64,000 bases of DNA. Origin: a virus. The notes beneath the pieces were generated by a model. The model was not told the origin of the DNA and ran no database searches. It was given only the letters and a program-made list of their open reading frames with translations. This document shows, in pieces, positions 18,010-28,678 of this stretch. Each line of letters begins with the position of its first letter. The stretch's first letter is position 1. Location of the stretch: positions 64,001 through 128,000 of IMG/VR virus record IMGVR_UViG_3300017593_000402; one strand, given 5' to 3'. Made by a program: the position numbers and the translations under genes.

Positions 18010-18930
18010 ATGCCAGTTGCAAAAGTGCCAGGTTATCCTGATTATAATGCTACCAAGAATATTCCTGTAATTTTTGCAGGAAAAACCCTTGAGAAATTTT
18101 ATGAAGCTAGCACTGTGGCTAACATTTCGTCTGTGGATTATGTAGGCGAAGTTAAAAACGTCGGGGATACAGTCTATATCAGGACTGTTCCTAATATTAC
18201 TATTAAGGATTACAAAAAAGGCCAGAAACTTGATCTAGAATATCCTGAAAGCCCTTATGTAGAATTTTCAATTAATAAGGCCAAGTACTATAACTTTGCT
18301 TTGGATGATATTGATATTAAGCAGTTCGATCTGAAAATGATGGGCAAATATGCGGACGATGCTGCGGAACAGCTTAAGATTACTCAGGATACTGAAGTCT
18401 TTGCTACTATTTATGCGGATGTGGACGATGCTAATCAGGGAAGTTCTGCAGGAGCTAAAACTGGAAAGTTCAATCTCGGAACGACTGGTTCCCCTGTTAC
18501 GCTGACTAAGGATAATATTATTGATTACATAGTGGACTGCGGAACTGTTCTTGATGAGCAGAATAGACCTTCTACTGATAGGTTTATAGTTATGCCTCCG
18601 CATATTGCTGGACTGATTAAAAAATCTGACCTTAAAGATGCTTCTCTGACTGGAGACGCTAAGTCTATTCTCCGAAGCGGATTGATAGGCTCCATTGACC
18701 GTTTTGACATTTATATTTCTAATTTGCTGCCTATTGTGAATGATGGTGGGACAAATTGTACTTATATTTACTTTGGCCATAAATCTGCTTTGGTGTTTGT
18801 TACGCAGTTAACCAGAGAAGAAATGTATAGGCCCCAGGACACATTTGCCGAAGCTATGAAAGGTTTGGTGGTGTATGATTTTGCTGTTATTCAGCCTGGA
18901 AGTCTCGGCGTATTGTATGTTGAAGTTTAA
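18010..18930 (+). CDS. major capsid protein (HK97 fold, P22-coat-like family)
   Basis: IP.IFAGK.LEKFY...DY.GE.KN.GDTV.IRT.P, F..DD.D..Q, LDEQN.P...RF.V.PP, G.IG.IDRF.IY.SN motifs. Confidence 0.9.
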   Translation: MPVAKVPGYPDYNATKNIPVIFAGKTLEKFYEASTVANISSVDYVGEVKNVGDTVYIRTVPNITIKDYKKGQKLDLEYPESPYVEFSINKAKYYNFALDDIDIKQFDLKMMGKYADDAAEQLKITQDTEVFATIYADVDDANQGSSAGAKTGKFNLGTTGSPVTLTKDNIIDYIVDCGTVLDEQNRPSTDRFIVMPPHIAGLIKKSDLKDASLTGDAKSILRSGLIGSIDRFDIYISNLLPIVNDGGTNCTYIYFGHKSALVFVTQLTREEMYRPQDTFAEAMKGLVVYDFAVIQPGSLGVLYVEV

Positions 18931-18947
18931 TTTAGGAGGTAAGACAA

Positions 18948-19385
18948 ATGGCTACTATTAACGGGCTTGGCGGACACTCGGCTGCGGTCCCTTTTAAGGG
19001 ATCAGGAGCAGCCTTTGTATTGGAAAATATAATTGATTTGGATGCTCTTAACATAGCTAGCGGCGATGTTGTACAGGCTCTCCCTGTTAAAGCAGGAATG
19101 AGAATTCTTCTTGTTGAAACTGAAATTGTTACTCCTTCAGACGCTGCTACATCAGCTACGGCTGATATTGGAGATGGAGATGATACTGATGGTTTTGACG
19201 CTTCTGTGGACCTCAAAGCAAGTGCGGGCACTATAGTATGTACTGCTATAGGCACAGATGCTTATGGTACGTCTGGGAAACGCTATACAGGCTCAGACAC
19301 TATTGACCTTACTGTTACGTATTCTGGTGCTGTTACTGTGAAAGGTAAGGTAAAAATTCGGGCACTTGGCTTTATGATGGAATAA
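18948..19385 (+). CDS. capsid decoration/cement protein
   Basis: Small beta-rich protein co-transcribed with the capsid gene, ahead of a terminator. Confidence 0.6.
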   Translation: MATINGLGGHSAAVPFKGSGAAFVLENIIDLDALNIASGDVVQALPVKAGMRILLVETEIVTPSDAATSATADIGDGDDTDGFDASVDLKASAGTIVCTAIGTDAYGTSGKRYTGSDTIDLTVTYSGAVTVKGKVKIRALGFMME

Positions 19386-19388
19386 GAT

Positions 19389-19415
19389 AAAGGGGGCTTA
19401 GTGCCCCCTTTTATT
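19389..19415 (+). terminator. intrinsic terminator
   Basis: AAAGGGGGC-TTAGT-GCCCCCTTTTATT hairpin with T tract after the capsid genes. Confidence 0.85.
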
Positions 19416-19431
19416 AGGTTTGGAGGTAGGG

Positions 19432-19632
19432 ATGCGCAAGTTAAAACAGATTACAACAGGGCGAATTTATATTTACACTGAAGCCTTAGCTAAACGTAAA
19501 GATATGGTCTTGATTGAAGATTCTCCAAAACCGAAGAAAGTTAAAAGAAAAGTGAACAAAAAAGTGAAAAAGACTGATGATAAACTTTTTAATGAACTTT
19601 TGCTAGATTCAAAAGAAGATGAACAGAAGTGA
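19432..19632 (+). CDS. small basic hypothetical protein
   Basis: GGAGG RBS before ATG; GRIYIYTEALAKRKDM motif. Confidence 0.55.
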   Translation: MRKLKQITTGRIYIYTEALAKRKDMVLIEDSPKPKKVKRKVNKKVKKTDDKLFNELLLDSKEDEQK

Positions 19633-20239
19633 GCTTGTTCAAAGAGTAAGAGAGCTTTTGTTTGACACAGAAATTCCTTATCTGTGGGGAGATTCTGATT
19701 TGGAGTTTTATTATTATCTTTCTGTAAGGGAGATGTGCCGACGCACTCTTCTTTACAGAAAGACTTTTGATCCTATTTTGTCTGTGGCCAATCAGTATAT
19801 ATATGATTATCCAAATCAGCTTATTTTGCCTTTAGAAATTACTTACGACGGAAATGATTTGACTAAGATTGATTATAACAGAATAAAATCCGTTCGTGGC
19901 ACTGTAGGCACAGTTAAGTATTATTGCTTGGATTTTGCTCCTAAACAGATTGTTCTTCATATGACACCAAGCGAATCTGATAAGGAAATAGTTATTTATG
20001 GAGCTGCGATTCCAGATTCTAAGGCTATTGAATCAGCTATTCCAGATGAATATACTGATTATTTAATATATGGAATGTTAATGTTTGCTTTTCAGAAAGC
20101 GGATTCTGAAACAGTTAGCCCGTTTGCTGCTAAGTATGAAACTTTGTGGAATGCGTATATTGAAAAAATTAATCGAGAATTAGACAGGAACAAGTATGTT
20201 CCTTTATCCCAAACTCTTGTGCATCCTGGTTTGTTGTGA
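19619..20239 (+). CDS. head-tail adaptor protein (podovirus type)
   Basis: ELVQRVRELL.D...YLW.D.DL..Y, IP.EY...L.Y..L..AF.K.D.E motifs; post-capsid position. Confidence 0.7.
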   Translation: MNRSELVQRVRELLFDTEIPYLWGDSDLEFYYYLSVREMCRRTLLYRKTFDPILSVANQYIYDYPNQLILPLEITYDGNDLTKIDYNRIKSVRGTVGTVKYYCLDFAPKQIVLHMTPSESDKEIVIYGAAIPDSKAIESAIPDEYTDYLIYGMLMFAFQKADSETVSPFAAKYETLWNAYIEKINRELDRNKYVPLSQTLVHPGLL

Positions 20240-20937
20240 AACCATTATTTCAAACAGAGTTGTTTTTAGGAGAAGTACAAACTACTCCTAAATTTGTGGT
20301 GGTGTCTAGAAAGACACCTCTTCCTCTTTTAATTAATGGCTTGCCTACCGATTCGGGTTCTCTCAAGGCTCAGGATTTAACAGGATTGCAATTTGTTGGA
20401 GAAGCACACGCTCCGCCTTTGTCTTTACTTTTTGTCTGTTTAGGTAGGCAATGGAAAGTAGAAGGTAATCGTCTTTACTATAGTCCTCCTTTTACTTCTC
20501 TAAACTTAGAAGGCGGAGAGCATTATGAGGATGACTCTACAAAGGCTATTACTTTTAATCATTTAATAAATGCTGTAAGCATAAGCCCTACTGGGTTGGT
20601 ATGCAAATGGGCTTTATATGTATCGACTACAGAAGCTGTTTATGAGATAAAATTTCAGGGTACTAAGCCTTTGATTCAGAGAATAATTAGTTCTCCAGCT
20701 TTAGGTTCTATAGGTGTAGGCGTTCTGGAGAGGCCTATGTCAGACAGCCTTCCTTCAGGAACCCAGATAGTTATTATTCCTACGCATAAAGGAATTTTTA
20801 TTGCTACTGACGGTGGAACACTGCCATTGACTGAGAGACACCCCAATGTATTGTCAAATTTTGATTATGTACATATTGCCTTTAGTATTAATGATTATGG
20901 GCAGTATTTAGTATTTTTAGATGCTTTGAAAAAGTGA
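20236..20937 (+). CDS. putative tail nozzle/stabilisation-like protein (short, divergent)
   Basis: Follows the adaptor; GNRLYYSPPF motif reminiscent of podovirus tail proteins. Confidence 0.35.
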   Translation: MKPLFQTELFLGEVQTTPKFVVVSRKTPLPLLINGLPTDSGSLKAQDLTGLQFVGEAHAPPLSLLFVCLGRQWKVEGNRLYYSPPFTSLNLEGGEHYEDDSTKAITFNHLINAVSISPTGLVCKWALYVSTTEAVYEIKFQGTKPLIQRIISSPALGSIGVGVLERPMSDSLPSGTQIVIIPTHKGIFIATDGGTLPLTERHPNVLSNFDYVHIAFSINDYGQYLVFLDALKK

Positions 20938-20965
20938 AAACGTTTTCATTTTTGGAGGTGATTCA

Positions 20966-21769
20966 ATGGGAAATGTAAAGATTTCAACGGGAATGGCCAA
21001 GGCTTTGGCAGTAAGAGACAATTTAAAAAGCTTAATGACAGATTGTGTGCTTCAGATATTTAGTGGTTCTGTTCCTAATTCTGCTGATGACGCTGAAACT
21101 GGTAGTTTGTTGGTAACTATTACTACTGACGGCAATAGTTGGTCGGCCAGTGAAAGGCAAGTGATGAATTTTAGCATTACTGCAGTTGGTAACAGTGGAG
21201 ATACTCTAACAATTACTATCAGCCCTGTAATTCCTTCTGGTACTAATGAAGTTATTCAATATACTAAGTCTGATTCTGAATCTACAGTAAATGAAGTAGC
21301 CAAAGCGGTAGTCGATTTAATAAATGCTAATTCGGAATTAGTTGATGCCGTTGTAGGTTCAAATGGTGAAGTTATTTTAGTATCCAAATATGCAGGGGAT
21401 AGTTTTTCTGTGACTGCTGTGCCTAGTGGAAGTTTGACTGTAAGTGCTGTGAGTGAATTGGTAACAAATGTTAGAGGAAATGGTTTGCATTTTGAGTCTC
21501 CACAAAATGTGGACAATGGTATACTTCAAAAAACTGATGAGACTTGGAAAGGAACAGTGTCTGCGTCAGGCACTGCTTCTTATTTTAGATTAAAAGCTAT
21601 TACAGATGCTGGGGCACAGGATAGTTCTGGTGTTTATAAGAGAATTCAAGGTACAGTGGGGACTTTGTCTGATTCACCTTTGCAATTGTCTGGAAGTTCT
21701 ACACTAACTAAAGATACGACAATAACAATAGGCTCGTTTTCTATACAAATTCCTTTGGCTAATGCTTAA
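20966..21769 (+). CDS. virion structural protein, paralog of 23501-24352
   Basis: STG...LQIFSGSVP.SADDAETG.LL...W.G....GTA.YFRL...RIQGTVG core. Confidence 0.6.
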   Translation: MGNVKISTGMAKALAVRDNLKSLMTDCVLQIFSGSVPNSADDAETGSLLVTITTDGNSWSASERQVMNFSITAVGNSGDTLTITISPVIPSGTNEVIQYTKSDSESTVNEVAKAVVDLINANSELVDAVVGSNGEVILVSKYAGDSFSVTAVPSGSLTVSAVSELVTNVRGNGLHFESPQNVDNGILQKTDETWKGTVSASGTASYFRLKAITDAGAQDSSGVYKRIQGTVGTLSDSPLQLSGSSTLTKDTTITIGSFSIQIPLANA

Positions 21770-23489
21770 AAAGATTTTATTTGGCTCTAAAGCGTATGAA
21801 TATCTGCCTTTGGCTAGGCATTTATGGAATAAAATGCCTGAAGGCAAAAAGTCTTATAGGTTTTCTGGAGTGTATATTGATTTAGCCAAAGGCATTAATA
21901 ATTATATTCGTATACGAACGGTTGAAGCTAAAGAAGAAGCCATTTGTTTGTTTGCAACTTATAAATATGACATGTTTGCTAATTATTCTCTTTCAATTTG
22001 GAGAGTAGATTTGCATGGCAATTTAGATATTTTGTTGCTACCTGATACTAGCATTAGAAAGATTAAGAATGGACATCCTGGCGATGTGGCTTGTGGAAGA
22101 TTTAACCATGACAATCCTTCAGAGTTTATTCTCTGCATTCAGGATTCTTCTGTTTTTTATACTACTCTTAACTATGTTGAAGGAACATACAGGGACTGCC
22201 TTGAAGATGTACGAGGAGAAGCTTATCAATATTTTTTTAAGGTGTTATGTGATTTTAAGTCGATGACTATCAATTGTTCTCAGATGACTAAAATTAAATA
22301 TTATGATTATTATTCTCATTTTGGTTGTTATCCAGATTGTAATATTTATTACCCACCAGGTAGTTGGGAATTTAGGTGGAGTTCTGAGAAATGTGAGGGA
22401 GAGAAATCCTGGACTAGAGATTCTATTTTTGACATATTTGTTAATAACGATGGTATAAAAAGATTATTAAGTTCTACTTATTATATGTATCAATGGAACC
22501 CTGTTCAACAAAGATGGAACATACCTCAACAAGAAACTCCTCCGTCTGAATCTAGGCGTGGACATGAAGTTATTCGCAGATTTATCCATTACGAAGGTGG
22601 TAATCAAATTTCATTAGAAGACACAGACCGTTACTCTTATAGTTATAGGAAATGGGGTGGAGATTCTTATTATTTTGGGTGGAAGTTTATTGATCCTCAA
22701 AATCTTATTCAAGATGTATATAATTGTAAGGTTATTAATTCAAAAGCATTTGTTTATTTCAGAAATGATATTGGTGATTCTGCTCATGTACAAATTCGGG
22801 TAACTGATAGTAAATATGGAGACTCTGGTGTTCTTGCTAATTTGACAGTACCTTATGAACCAAAGTACTATGGTAGAGAACATGGAGGTAATTATCCAGT
22901 TTATCCGACTATCACTTTGCTTCGAGACGAAGGAATATCTCTTACTATTGATGCTCGGTTTGTGTCTTTGTTTTCGTGGGCTTTTCATGATTTTCTATCA
23001 TATAGTTTTTGGGTTGGTAGTTTTGCTGATTCTTTGGAAGATAATAATTCTCTATTTGAAAGCCATAATACATGGTTAACTGGCTTTCCTAATCCTTTTA
23101 ACAAAAAGGAATATTTTGGAATTTGGTATAGTGATGTTCCTGATTTTGGAAATGGCGGGCTGGGTTGGTCCGATCCTTATTTTTGGGATGGATTTTTTTG
23201 TATTCCTTTTTCTAGTTGGGATGCAAAAATCTCAGGATGGCATGAAATCAGACCTGTTAAAAAAGAAAACTTTGCTCCATCGCTTTTAAGTCCTTATTTT
23301 AGAAATACAATTATTGTTCCTACTCGTCCTTTTAAAGGTTTTTATGCCAAAGGGTCTGAACCTACGGCTGATTGGGATGCTAATATTTTGTTAGATGCAA
23401 CAGTTGTGCAATCAAAAAACGGAAAAGTATATGTAAACGGTGATATGAAAAAGAATTCAGTAGATAAAACTAAATTACAAATAAAATAG
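21762..23489 (+). CDS. hypothetical protein (aromatic-rich, possible receptor-binding/tail protein)
   Basis: 575-aa ORF within the structural operon. Confidence 0.45.
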   Translation: MLKKILFGSKAYEYLPLARHLWNKMPEGKKSYRFSGVYIDLAKGINNYIRIRTVEAKEEAICLFATYKYDMFANYSLSIWRVDLHGNLDILLLPDTSIRKIKNGHPGDVACGRFNHDNPSEFILCIQDSSVFYTTLNYVEGTYRDCLEDVRGEAYQYFFKVLCDFKSMTINCSQMTKIKYYDYYSHFGCYPDCNIYYPPGSWEFRWSSEKCEGEKSWTRDSIFDIFVNNDGIKRLLSSTYYMYQWNPVQQRWNIPQQETPPSESRRGHEVIRRFIHYEGGNQISLEDTDRYSYSYRKWGGDSYYFGWKFIDPQNLIQDVYNCKVINSKAFVYFRNDIGDSAHVQIRVTDSKYGDSGVLANLTVPYEPKYYGREHGGNYPVYPTITLLRDEGISLTIDARFVSLFSWAFHDFLSYSFWVGSFADSLEDNNSLFESHNTWLTGFPNPFNKKEYFGIWYSDVPDFGNGGLGWSDPYFWDGFFCIPFSSWDAKISGWHEIRPVKKENFAPSLLSPYFRNTIIVPTRPFKGFYAKGSEPTADWDANILLDATVVQSKNGKVYVNGDMKKNSVDKTKLQIK

Positions 23490-23500
23490 GAGGGTGTTCT

Positions 23501-24352
23501 ATGGCTCTTAGATTTTCAACTGGTTTGAAAAACATTTTATTGGGACTTACTAGGGATTCAGTAGAAAATGGCAGTTTTACATCAGATACCAGTGGTTGGA
23601 GTGCAATAGACGCAACTTTGGCTTCTGTGTCTGGGGGACAAGATGGTAATTGTTTACAAATAACTAATAATACTTCTGCAAAAGGATATGCTTATCAGGC
23701 TCAGCAAGTTAAAAATGGGCATAGGTATATGCTAGAGTTGTATCACAAAAACGGTACTGGTCAGGGTTTTGTTAAAGTTGGAACATCGCCAAATGATGGT
23801 ACATTTATTGACCTAGCTGCTCTAGACGATTCTGACTGGACTAAGTATTATTTTTTGATAGAAAGTAACATACAAGGAAGCATTTATGTGACATTAGGTG
23901 TAGATGATGATACTTCTGGGCATACTACTCTTTTTGACGAAGTCAAATTTATATGGGAAGCCTCTTCTATTAAAGAAATTTTTAAGAATTCGAAATTGAT
24001 TATTTATACGGGTTCGCAGCCTGCTAGTGCGGATGATGCTCCTACTGGAACTAAATTAGTTGAGATTACCAAAAATGGTTCTGGAAACTTTGATCTAGAG
24101 TTTGATGAGGCTGATGATGGTTCTATTAATAAAATTCCAGGCGACAATTGGAGTGGTCAAGCTATAAGTAGTGGAACTGCTGGGTGGTTTCGGTTATTAG
24201 TTAATGGCGACACTGAAGTATATAATACTAATGATCCTCGTATAGATGGGGCTGTAGGTACGAGTAATGCCGAGTTAATTATGGCAGATACTAATATAGT
24301 AACTGATTCAGTTCAAACTATTTCAGTTTTTAGGTTGAGTGTTTCTGTCTAA
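23501..24352 (+). CDS. virion structural protein with inserted carbohydrate-binding-like domain
   Basis: MALRFSTGL start, ENGSF...SGW CBM-like insert, IYTGSQPASADDAPTG...GTAGWFR...RIDGAVG core. Confidence 0.6.
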   Translation: MALRFSTGLKNILLGLTRDSVENGSFTSDTSGWSAIDATLASVSGGQDGNCLQITNNTSAKGYAYQAQQVKNGHRYMLELYHKNGTGQGFVKVGTSPNDGTFIDLAALDDSDWTKYYFLIESNIQGSIYVTLGVDDDTSGHTTLFDEVKFIWEASSIKEIFKNSKLIIYTGSQPASADDAPTGTKLVEITKNGSGNFDLEFDEADDGSINKIPGDNWSGQAISSGTAGWFRLLVNGDTEVYNTNDPRIDGAVGTSNAELIMADTNIVTDSVQTISVFRLSVSV

Positions 24353-26682
24353 TGGGCGTTAAAGATTCAGTTATTTTTGGTGCTAGTAGCTACAAAACTT
24401 CTGGCGGTGCAACCTCTATGGGAGGTTTGTACTACAATGGGTATATTTATGTTTTAGGTTTTAATCCTGATGAAAACACTGTTTATTTAACTAAATCAGA
24501 TGTAGCAGGAAATAGGCTGTGGGAACTACCTTTCTATAGTTCTGAAACTTGGTATGCTGGTGATGGTTACGATGCAGGTGCTCCTCTTATTTGTAACGGC
24601 AGAATTTATTACAAAAATCAAATAAATAATACTATTTGTTGGGTACCTTTTTCTGATCCTATAATACCAAATCAGACTTCTACTAAAATATTGGATTGTG
24701 GTGGAGCTGAAACTGATTATCATTCAGTAGGGCACAAATATTGGTTTGGGAATTTGATTAAAGGAGAATATATTTTTCATATAGAGCGTGATGCGCATAC
24801 TATTTTAGTTACTGATTTAGATGGAAATTTTATTGGGAGATTTGGAGAATATGGAACCGATTTAGGACAATTTACGTATCCTAGTTGGGCTATGTATTAT
24901 CCTCCAGATCGTATTTATACTTGTGAGCTTTCTCCTGGGAGGAAGGTTACAGAATGGAGGGTAGAATCATGGCAAGACCCTTTTATTATAACACCTGTAG
25001 CTATAAGGTTAGATTTTAGAGAAAGCGGTCATGCTTACGATCGTTTAGGGGGATGTGCTTATAGAAATAATCAATTTTTTCTTTTTCATTTTTATCCTGC
25101 GTGGATGGGTTTAAGTTTCTATCGAATAGAAGAAGATTTTTCTTTAGTTTATGATTCATCAGTTAAAATAACTTACCCTGGAGTGTCTTATAACACTTAT
25201 TATGGTTTAGGTGTTTTTGCAGATGATACCAAAGTCGTGTGTTTTCCCAATCGAGGCGGAAGTGTTTGGGCTTTTGCTGGGACTATTACTGCTATAGAAA
25301 ACGGCTTGGACGAAGATTTTTCAGTTGACATTTATGCTATGATTTCTGGGGTAGGCATAGATGTCAATTTTTCTTTGGAAAGTGGTATTCCCCAGGCATT
25401 TGGAGATTTAAATTTTGAATTAACTGCCGAAGGATATATTCAACAGAATGCTTTTGATGAAAAGTTTTTCTTTTCTGCTGAGGCTTTATGTGGTCATTAT
25501 GATATGATCGCTGACTTCGGTTTTAATTTGGTTAGTGGGGAGTACGGTGTTAGAGATACATTTGGGTTTGATTTATTTGCTAGCCAGAATCATTTAGAAG
25601 AATTATTTGGTTTTGAACTTTATACTGAAACTTCTATAACTAAATTTTCTGAATTGGAAGAAGCTTTTGGTTTTGAATTATTAGGCAGTTCTCCCCATAG
25701 TGGAAAGTTATCTTTAGAACTTGAAACTTTTGAATTTCATGGTTTTGCTGCAACAGATTTAATCGCAGATTGTCAGTTAACACTCGAATCTCTAAATCTC
25801 TTTTCATATGAAGGTCTGACCAGTACGTTAATGCTTCCTTCTTTGGAAGTAAACGCTGCTGTTTTTGTACCAGCTATTGCTAGTGGCAGTCTTGTTTTGT
25901 CTGGACCGAGTATTACCTCTACTCTTTCTGTACCTATTTCTGCTTCTGCGGAACTGAAATTGGAAAATCTAGCAGCGACGGGCCTTGCTCTTATTCACGG
26001 ACAACTAAATGGAAATTTGATACTGCCTTTGCTGTCCACTCAAGGTATTATGTCAATGGGAGCATCTGCGGGGCAATTAGAGGTTGTTCTAAACAATGTT
26101 CAAATTCAAAGCTGGACCGCAGTAGTTCCTTCTGTAGCAGGTACTTTAACTATGCCTGCGGTAGATGTTTTTGCTTCGCAAACTATTGAGTTATATAGTA
26201 TTTCTGAACTTTATGACGGAACTTCAATAATCCATATCTCTAATGGGAGTTATAGCCAAGTAGATTTGTCATCCTTACCTGAGTTAGAGGAAGATTTGTT
26301 TGATATTCAGGGAATAGCTATAAATTTGCGAACTACAGCAATTAGTAAAATAGGTTATCCTTCTGACTATAACGTAATTGATCTTGGGTATTTAGATGTG
26401 CATAAAGGAGCAGTCAATGACTACTTAGTATTTTTCTTGTTTGGTGATATGCCTACTCAAGAAAATTTAGTAGGACGATTAATAGTAGGTGATTATTCTT
26501 ATGAAATAAAACAATGGATTAGCGAAGGAGAGTGGAGAGTAGTAGTTGGTAAGGGCATTACTAAGCGATTTTTTAGAGACCCAAGCAAACGCTATCAAAG
26601 AGTTATATTGCAATTGAAAAAAGATTTTGAGCTTAAAGGATTAAGTATTTTAGCTACTCCAAATCCCAGGAGATTACGTTAA
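24352..26682 (+). CDS. tail/virion protein with an NHL-like beta-propeller segment
   Basis: DGNFIGRFGEYGTDLGQFTYP NHL-type repeat; repetitive stalk-like middle region. Confidence 0.5.
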   Translation: MGVKDSVIFGASSYKTSGGATSMGGLYYNGYIYVLGFNPDENTVYLTKSDVAGNRLWELPFYSSETWYAGDGYDAGAPLICNGRIYYKNQINNTICWVPFSDPIIPNQTSTKILDCGGAETDYHSVGHKYWFGNLIKGEYIFHIERDAHTILVTDLDGNFIGRFGEYGTDLGQFTYPSWAMYYPPDRIYTCELSPGRKVTEWRVESWQDPFIITPVAIRLDFRESGHAYDRLGGCAYRNNQFFLFHFYPAWMGLSFYRIEEDFSLVYDSSVKITYPGVSYNTYYGLGVFADDTKVVCFPNRGGSVWAFAGTITAIENGLDEDFSVDIYAMISGVGIDVNFSLESGIPQAFGDLNFELTAEGYIQQNAFDEKFFFSAEALCGHYDMIADFGFNLVSGEYGVRDTFGFDLFASQNHLEELFGFELYTETSITKFSELEEAFGFELLGSSPHSGKLSLELETFEFHGFAATDLIADCQLTLESLNLFSYEGLTSTLMLPSLEVNAAVFVPAIASGSLVLSGPSITSTLSVPISASAELKLENLAATGLALIHGQLNGNLILPLLSTQGIMSMGASAGQLEVVLNNVQIQSWTAVVPSVAGTLTMPAVDVFASQTIELYSISELYDGTSIIHISNGSYSQVDLSSLPELEEDLFDIQGIAINLRTTAISKIGYPSDYNVIDLGYLDVHKGAVNDYLVFFLFGDMPTQENLVGRLIVGDYSYEIKQWISEGEWRVVVGKGITKRFFRDPSKRYQRVILQLKKDFELKGLSILATPNPRRLR

Positions 26683-28677
26683 ATGAACATCAATGACCTT
26701 TTGGGTTTTTATTCATCTATTACTGATACAATTAATTTTGTAAGTGGAGAAATATCTAGTTTTGCTGAAGAGGTTAGTGATGTAATTAATTTTGATTTTA
26801 GTGTGCCAGAGCCAACTGAATTTCCTACGAATTTAACTAGATATTCTGACCCATTGGTTGATTTTTCACATTTACCTCAGCTAACTTCAGATTATCCTGA
26901 TTTTGAGGCGTCTCCTGAAAATTATAAGGCGACAATAACTGAATTGCGCCATGCAGTAGATGGTCTTTTAAATACACTCCAAGATATTACGCCTGATTTG
27001 GGTTGTTTTGAATTAAATTCTTTACCCGATCCTCCTAATACTGATATTAATCCTGATTACCCTTCTTTGACATTGGAGTTTGGGAATATACCTTCTCCTC
27101 CAAATATTCCTGACTTAAATATTCCTTCCATACCAAATTTAGAAGAGATTTCGGTTGCAAAAGAAAAACACGTTGTTGAGGATATAATAAGTTATTTTGA
27201 GTCTCTAGCAAATTATATCGGTCAGATCAAACAACTTTTACAGAATCAGTCAATAGATGTTGATACAGACTTTCCTAATGGGGTAAATATCGCTCCTGCT
27301 AAAAAGACTTTAGAAGATTGGTTAGAATGTGATTATAATCCAACTATGACTAAATTAACCAATATAGATTTAGACGGCCTTGCTGATGCAGTAGCTGGTA
27401 CGAATATTGATAGTTACAGATATTATATGCTTCCAGATGGATTTGTCGAGGCTGTTATGGATTTTGCGGAAAACATAGAAGGACTGGATTTAATACGTAA
27501 AGAACCTCTTTCTTATTTAGATTCTTTGAGACTCAGCCGAGAAATAGAAGATATATTAGGTGAGGCTACTGTTAGAGGTTTTAACGAGGATGTAATAGAT
27601 GAAAGAGTAGCCTATGATATTACTTTACACAGAATTCAAACACAGCTTGGTCTTACTGAGAAAAAAGGAAAGATACTGTCTTCGTGTAGTGAACAAATGT
27701 GGAAGGCTGTTGACAGAAAGCCAAAACTTTATAATCAGTTATCTACTTGGCTTCTTGTGTCTTATTATTCTCTTGTTGATAATATACTTAAACTATATCA
27801 AGTTAAAATTAAAACTATTCAGGAAAGGATAGACTTAGTTGACAAAGCTATAAAAGCGAACCAGTCTAGGTTACAAATTCTTTCTGCTTCTGCCTTAAAT
27901 CTTTTTGCTAATATTGAAACTCAAATTCGTAATTTTGTGTCTAAATTAAAATCCCAGGTGTTAGAAATTCAAAGCGAAACTTTGATTTCGCAAGCTGATC
28001 TTTTAGAATCTCAGGCAATAGTCAAAAAAATTACAGAATATGTTCAAAAAATAAGAATTACAGAAGCAAAGCTCAAAGAAATTCAGTCAAGACTTAGTTT
28101 GTATGAAGTTAAAGCAGGATTATTTGAAAGCCAGCTTCGATTTGAAGTCTTAAAGAATAATCAAGTAATACTCGAAAACCAGAATAATGTTTTGTCTACG
28201 TTAACTCAGTTTATTGATTATGATAAGCTTGTAGAGCAATATAGGTTACTAGCCAACATACAAGAAGGAAAATTAAGTGTGTTTAATGATTATATTTCTT
28301 ATTTGATTACAGTAGTATCTAAGCTAACTCAAACACCAAAAGTGGTTAAACTTAGAGGCAGACTAAAAAACCTCCAAGCACAAATAAACAAATTTTTAGT
28401 TCAGAGACAAGCAAAAGATACTGTTATGAATACTTGGCAAGCTTCTCTTTCTGATCGGTGGACTGTTGATTCTTATGACTATAAAAAATTAATGCAAAAA
28501 ATAGTTTATGATGCTCAGGCTGCTGTTACTTTTGCTGAAACTCATTTAATAGATAGAATGGCCAAGGCTTCTGGGAAATTTAATACTTTAGGAGAGTATT
28601 ACTCTAAAAAAGTGGCAGGAGCTTTGTCTGCTGCCCATACAGTTGTTGGAATAACTAACAGGATACTGGAAGGATAA
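26683..28677 (+). CDS. Pro-rich/coiled-coil virion protein (putative ejection protein)
   Basis: Acidic Pro-rich N-half, long helical C-half; same architecture as the next gene. Confidence 0.5.
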   Translation: MNINDLLGFYSSITDTINFVSGEISSFAEEVSDVINFDFSVPEPTEFPTNLTRYSDPLVDFSHLPQLTSDYPDFEASPENYKATITELRHAVDGLLNTLQDITPDLGCFELNSLPDPPNTDINPDYPSLTLEFGNIPSPPNIPDLNIPSIPNLEEISVAKEKHVVEDIISYFESLANYIGQIKQLLQNQSIDVDTDFPNGVNIAPAKKTLEDWLECDYNPTMTKLTNIDLDGLADAVAGTNIDSYRYYMLPDGFVEAVMDFAENIEGLDLIRKEPLSYLDSLRLSREIEDILGEATVRGFNEDVIDERVAYDITLHRIQTQLGLTEKKGKILSSCSEQMWKAVDRKPKLYNQLSTWLLVSYYSLVDNILKLYQVKIKTIQERIDLVDKAIKANQSRLQILSASALNLFANIETQIRNFVSKLKSQVLEIQSETLISQADLLESQAIVKKITEYVQKIRITEAKLKEIQSRLSLYEVKAGLFESQLRFEVLKNNQVILENQNNVLSTLTQFIDYDKLVEQYRLLANIQEGKLSVFNDYISYLITVVSKLTQTPKVVKLRGRLKNLQAQINKFLVQRQAKDTVMNTWQASLSDRWTVDSYDYKKLMQKIVYDAQAAVTFAETHLIDRMAKASGKFNTLGEYYSKKVAGALSAAHTVVGITNRILEG

Positions 28678-28678
28678 A

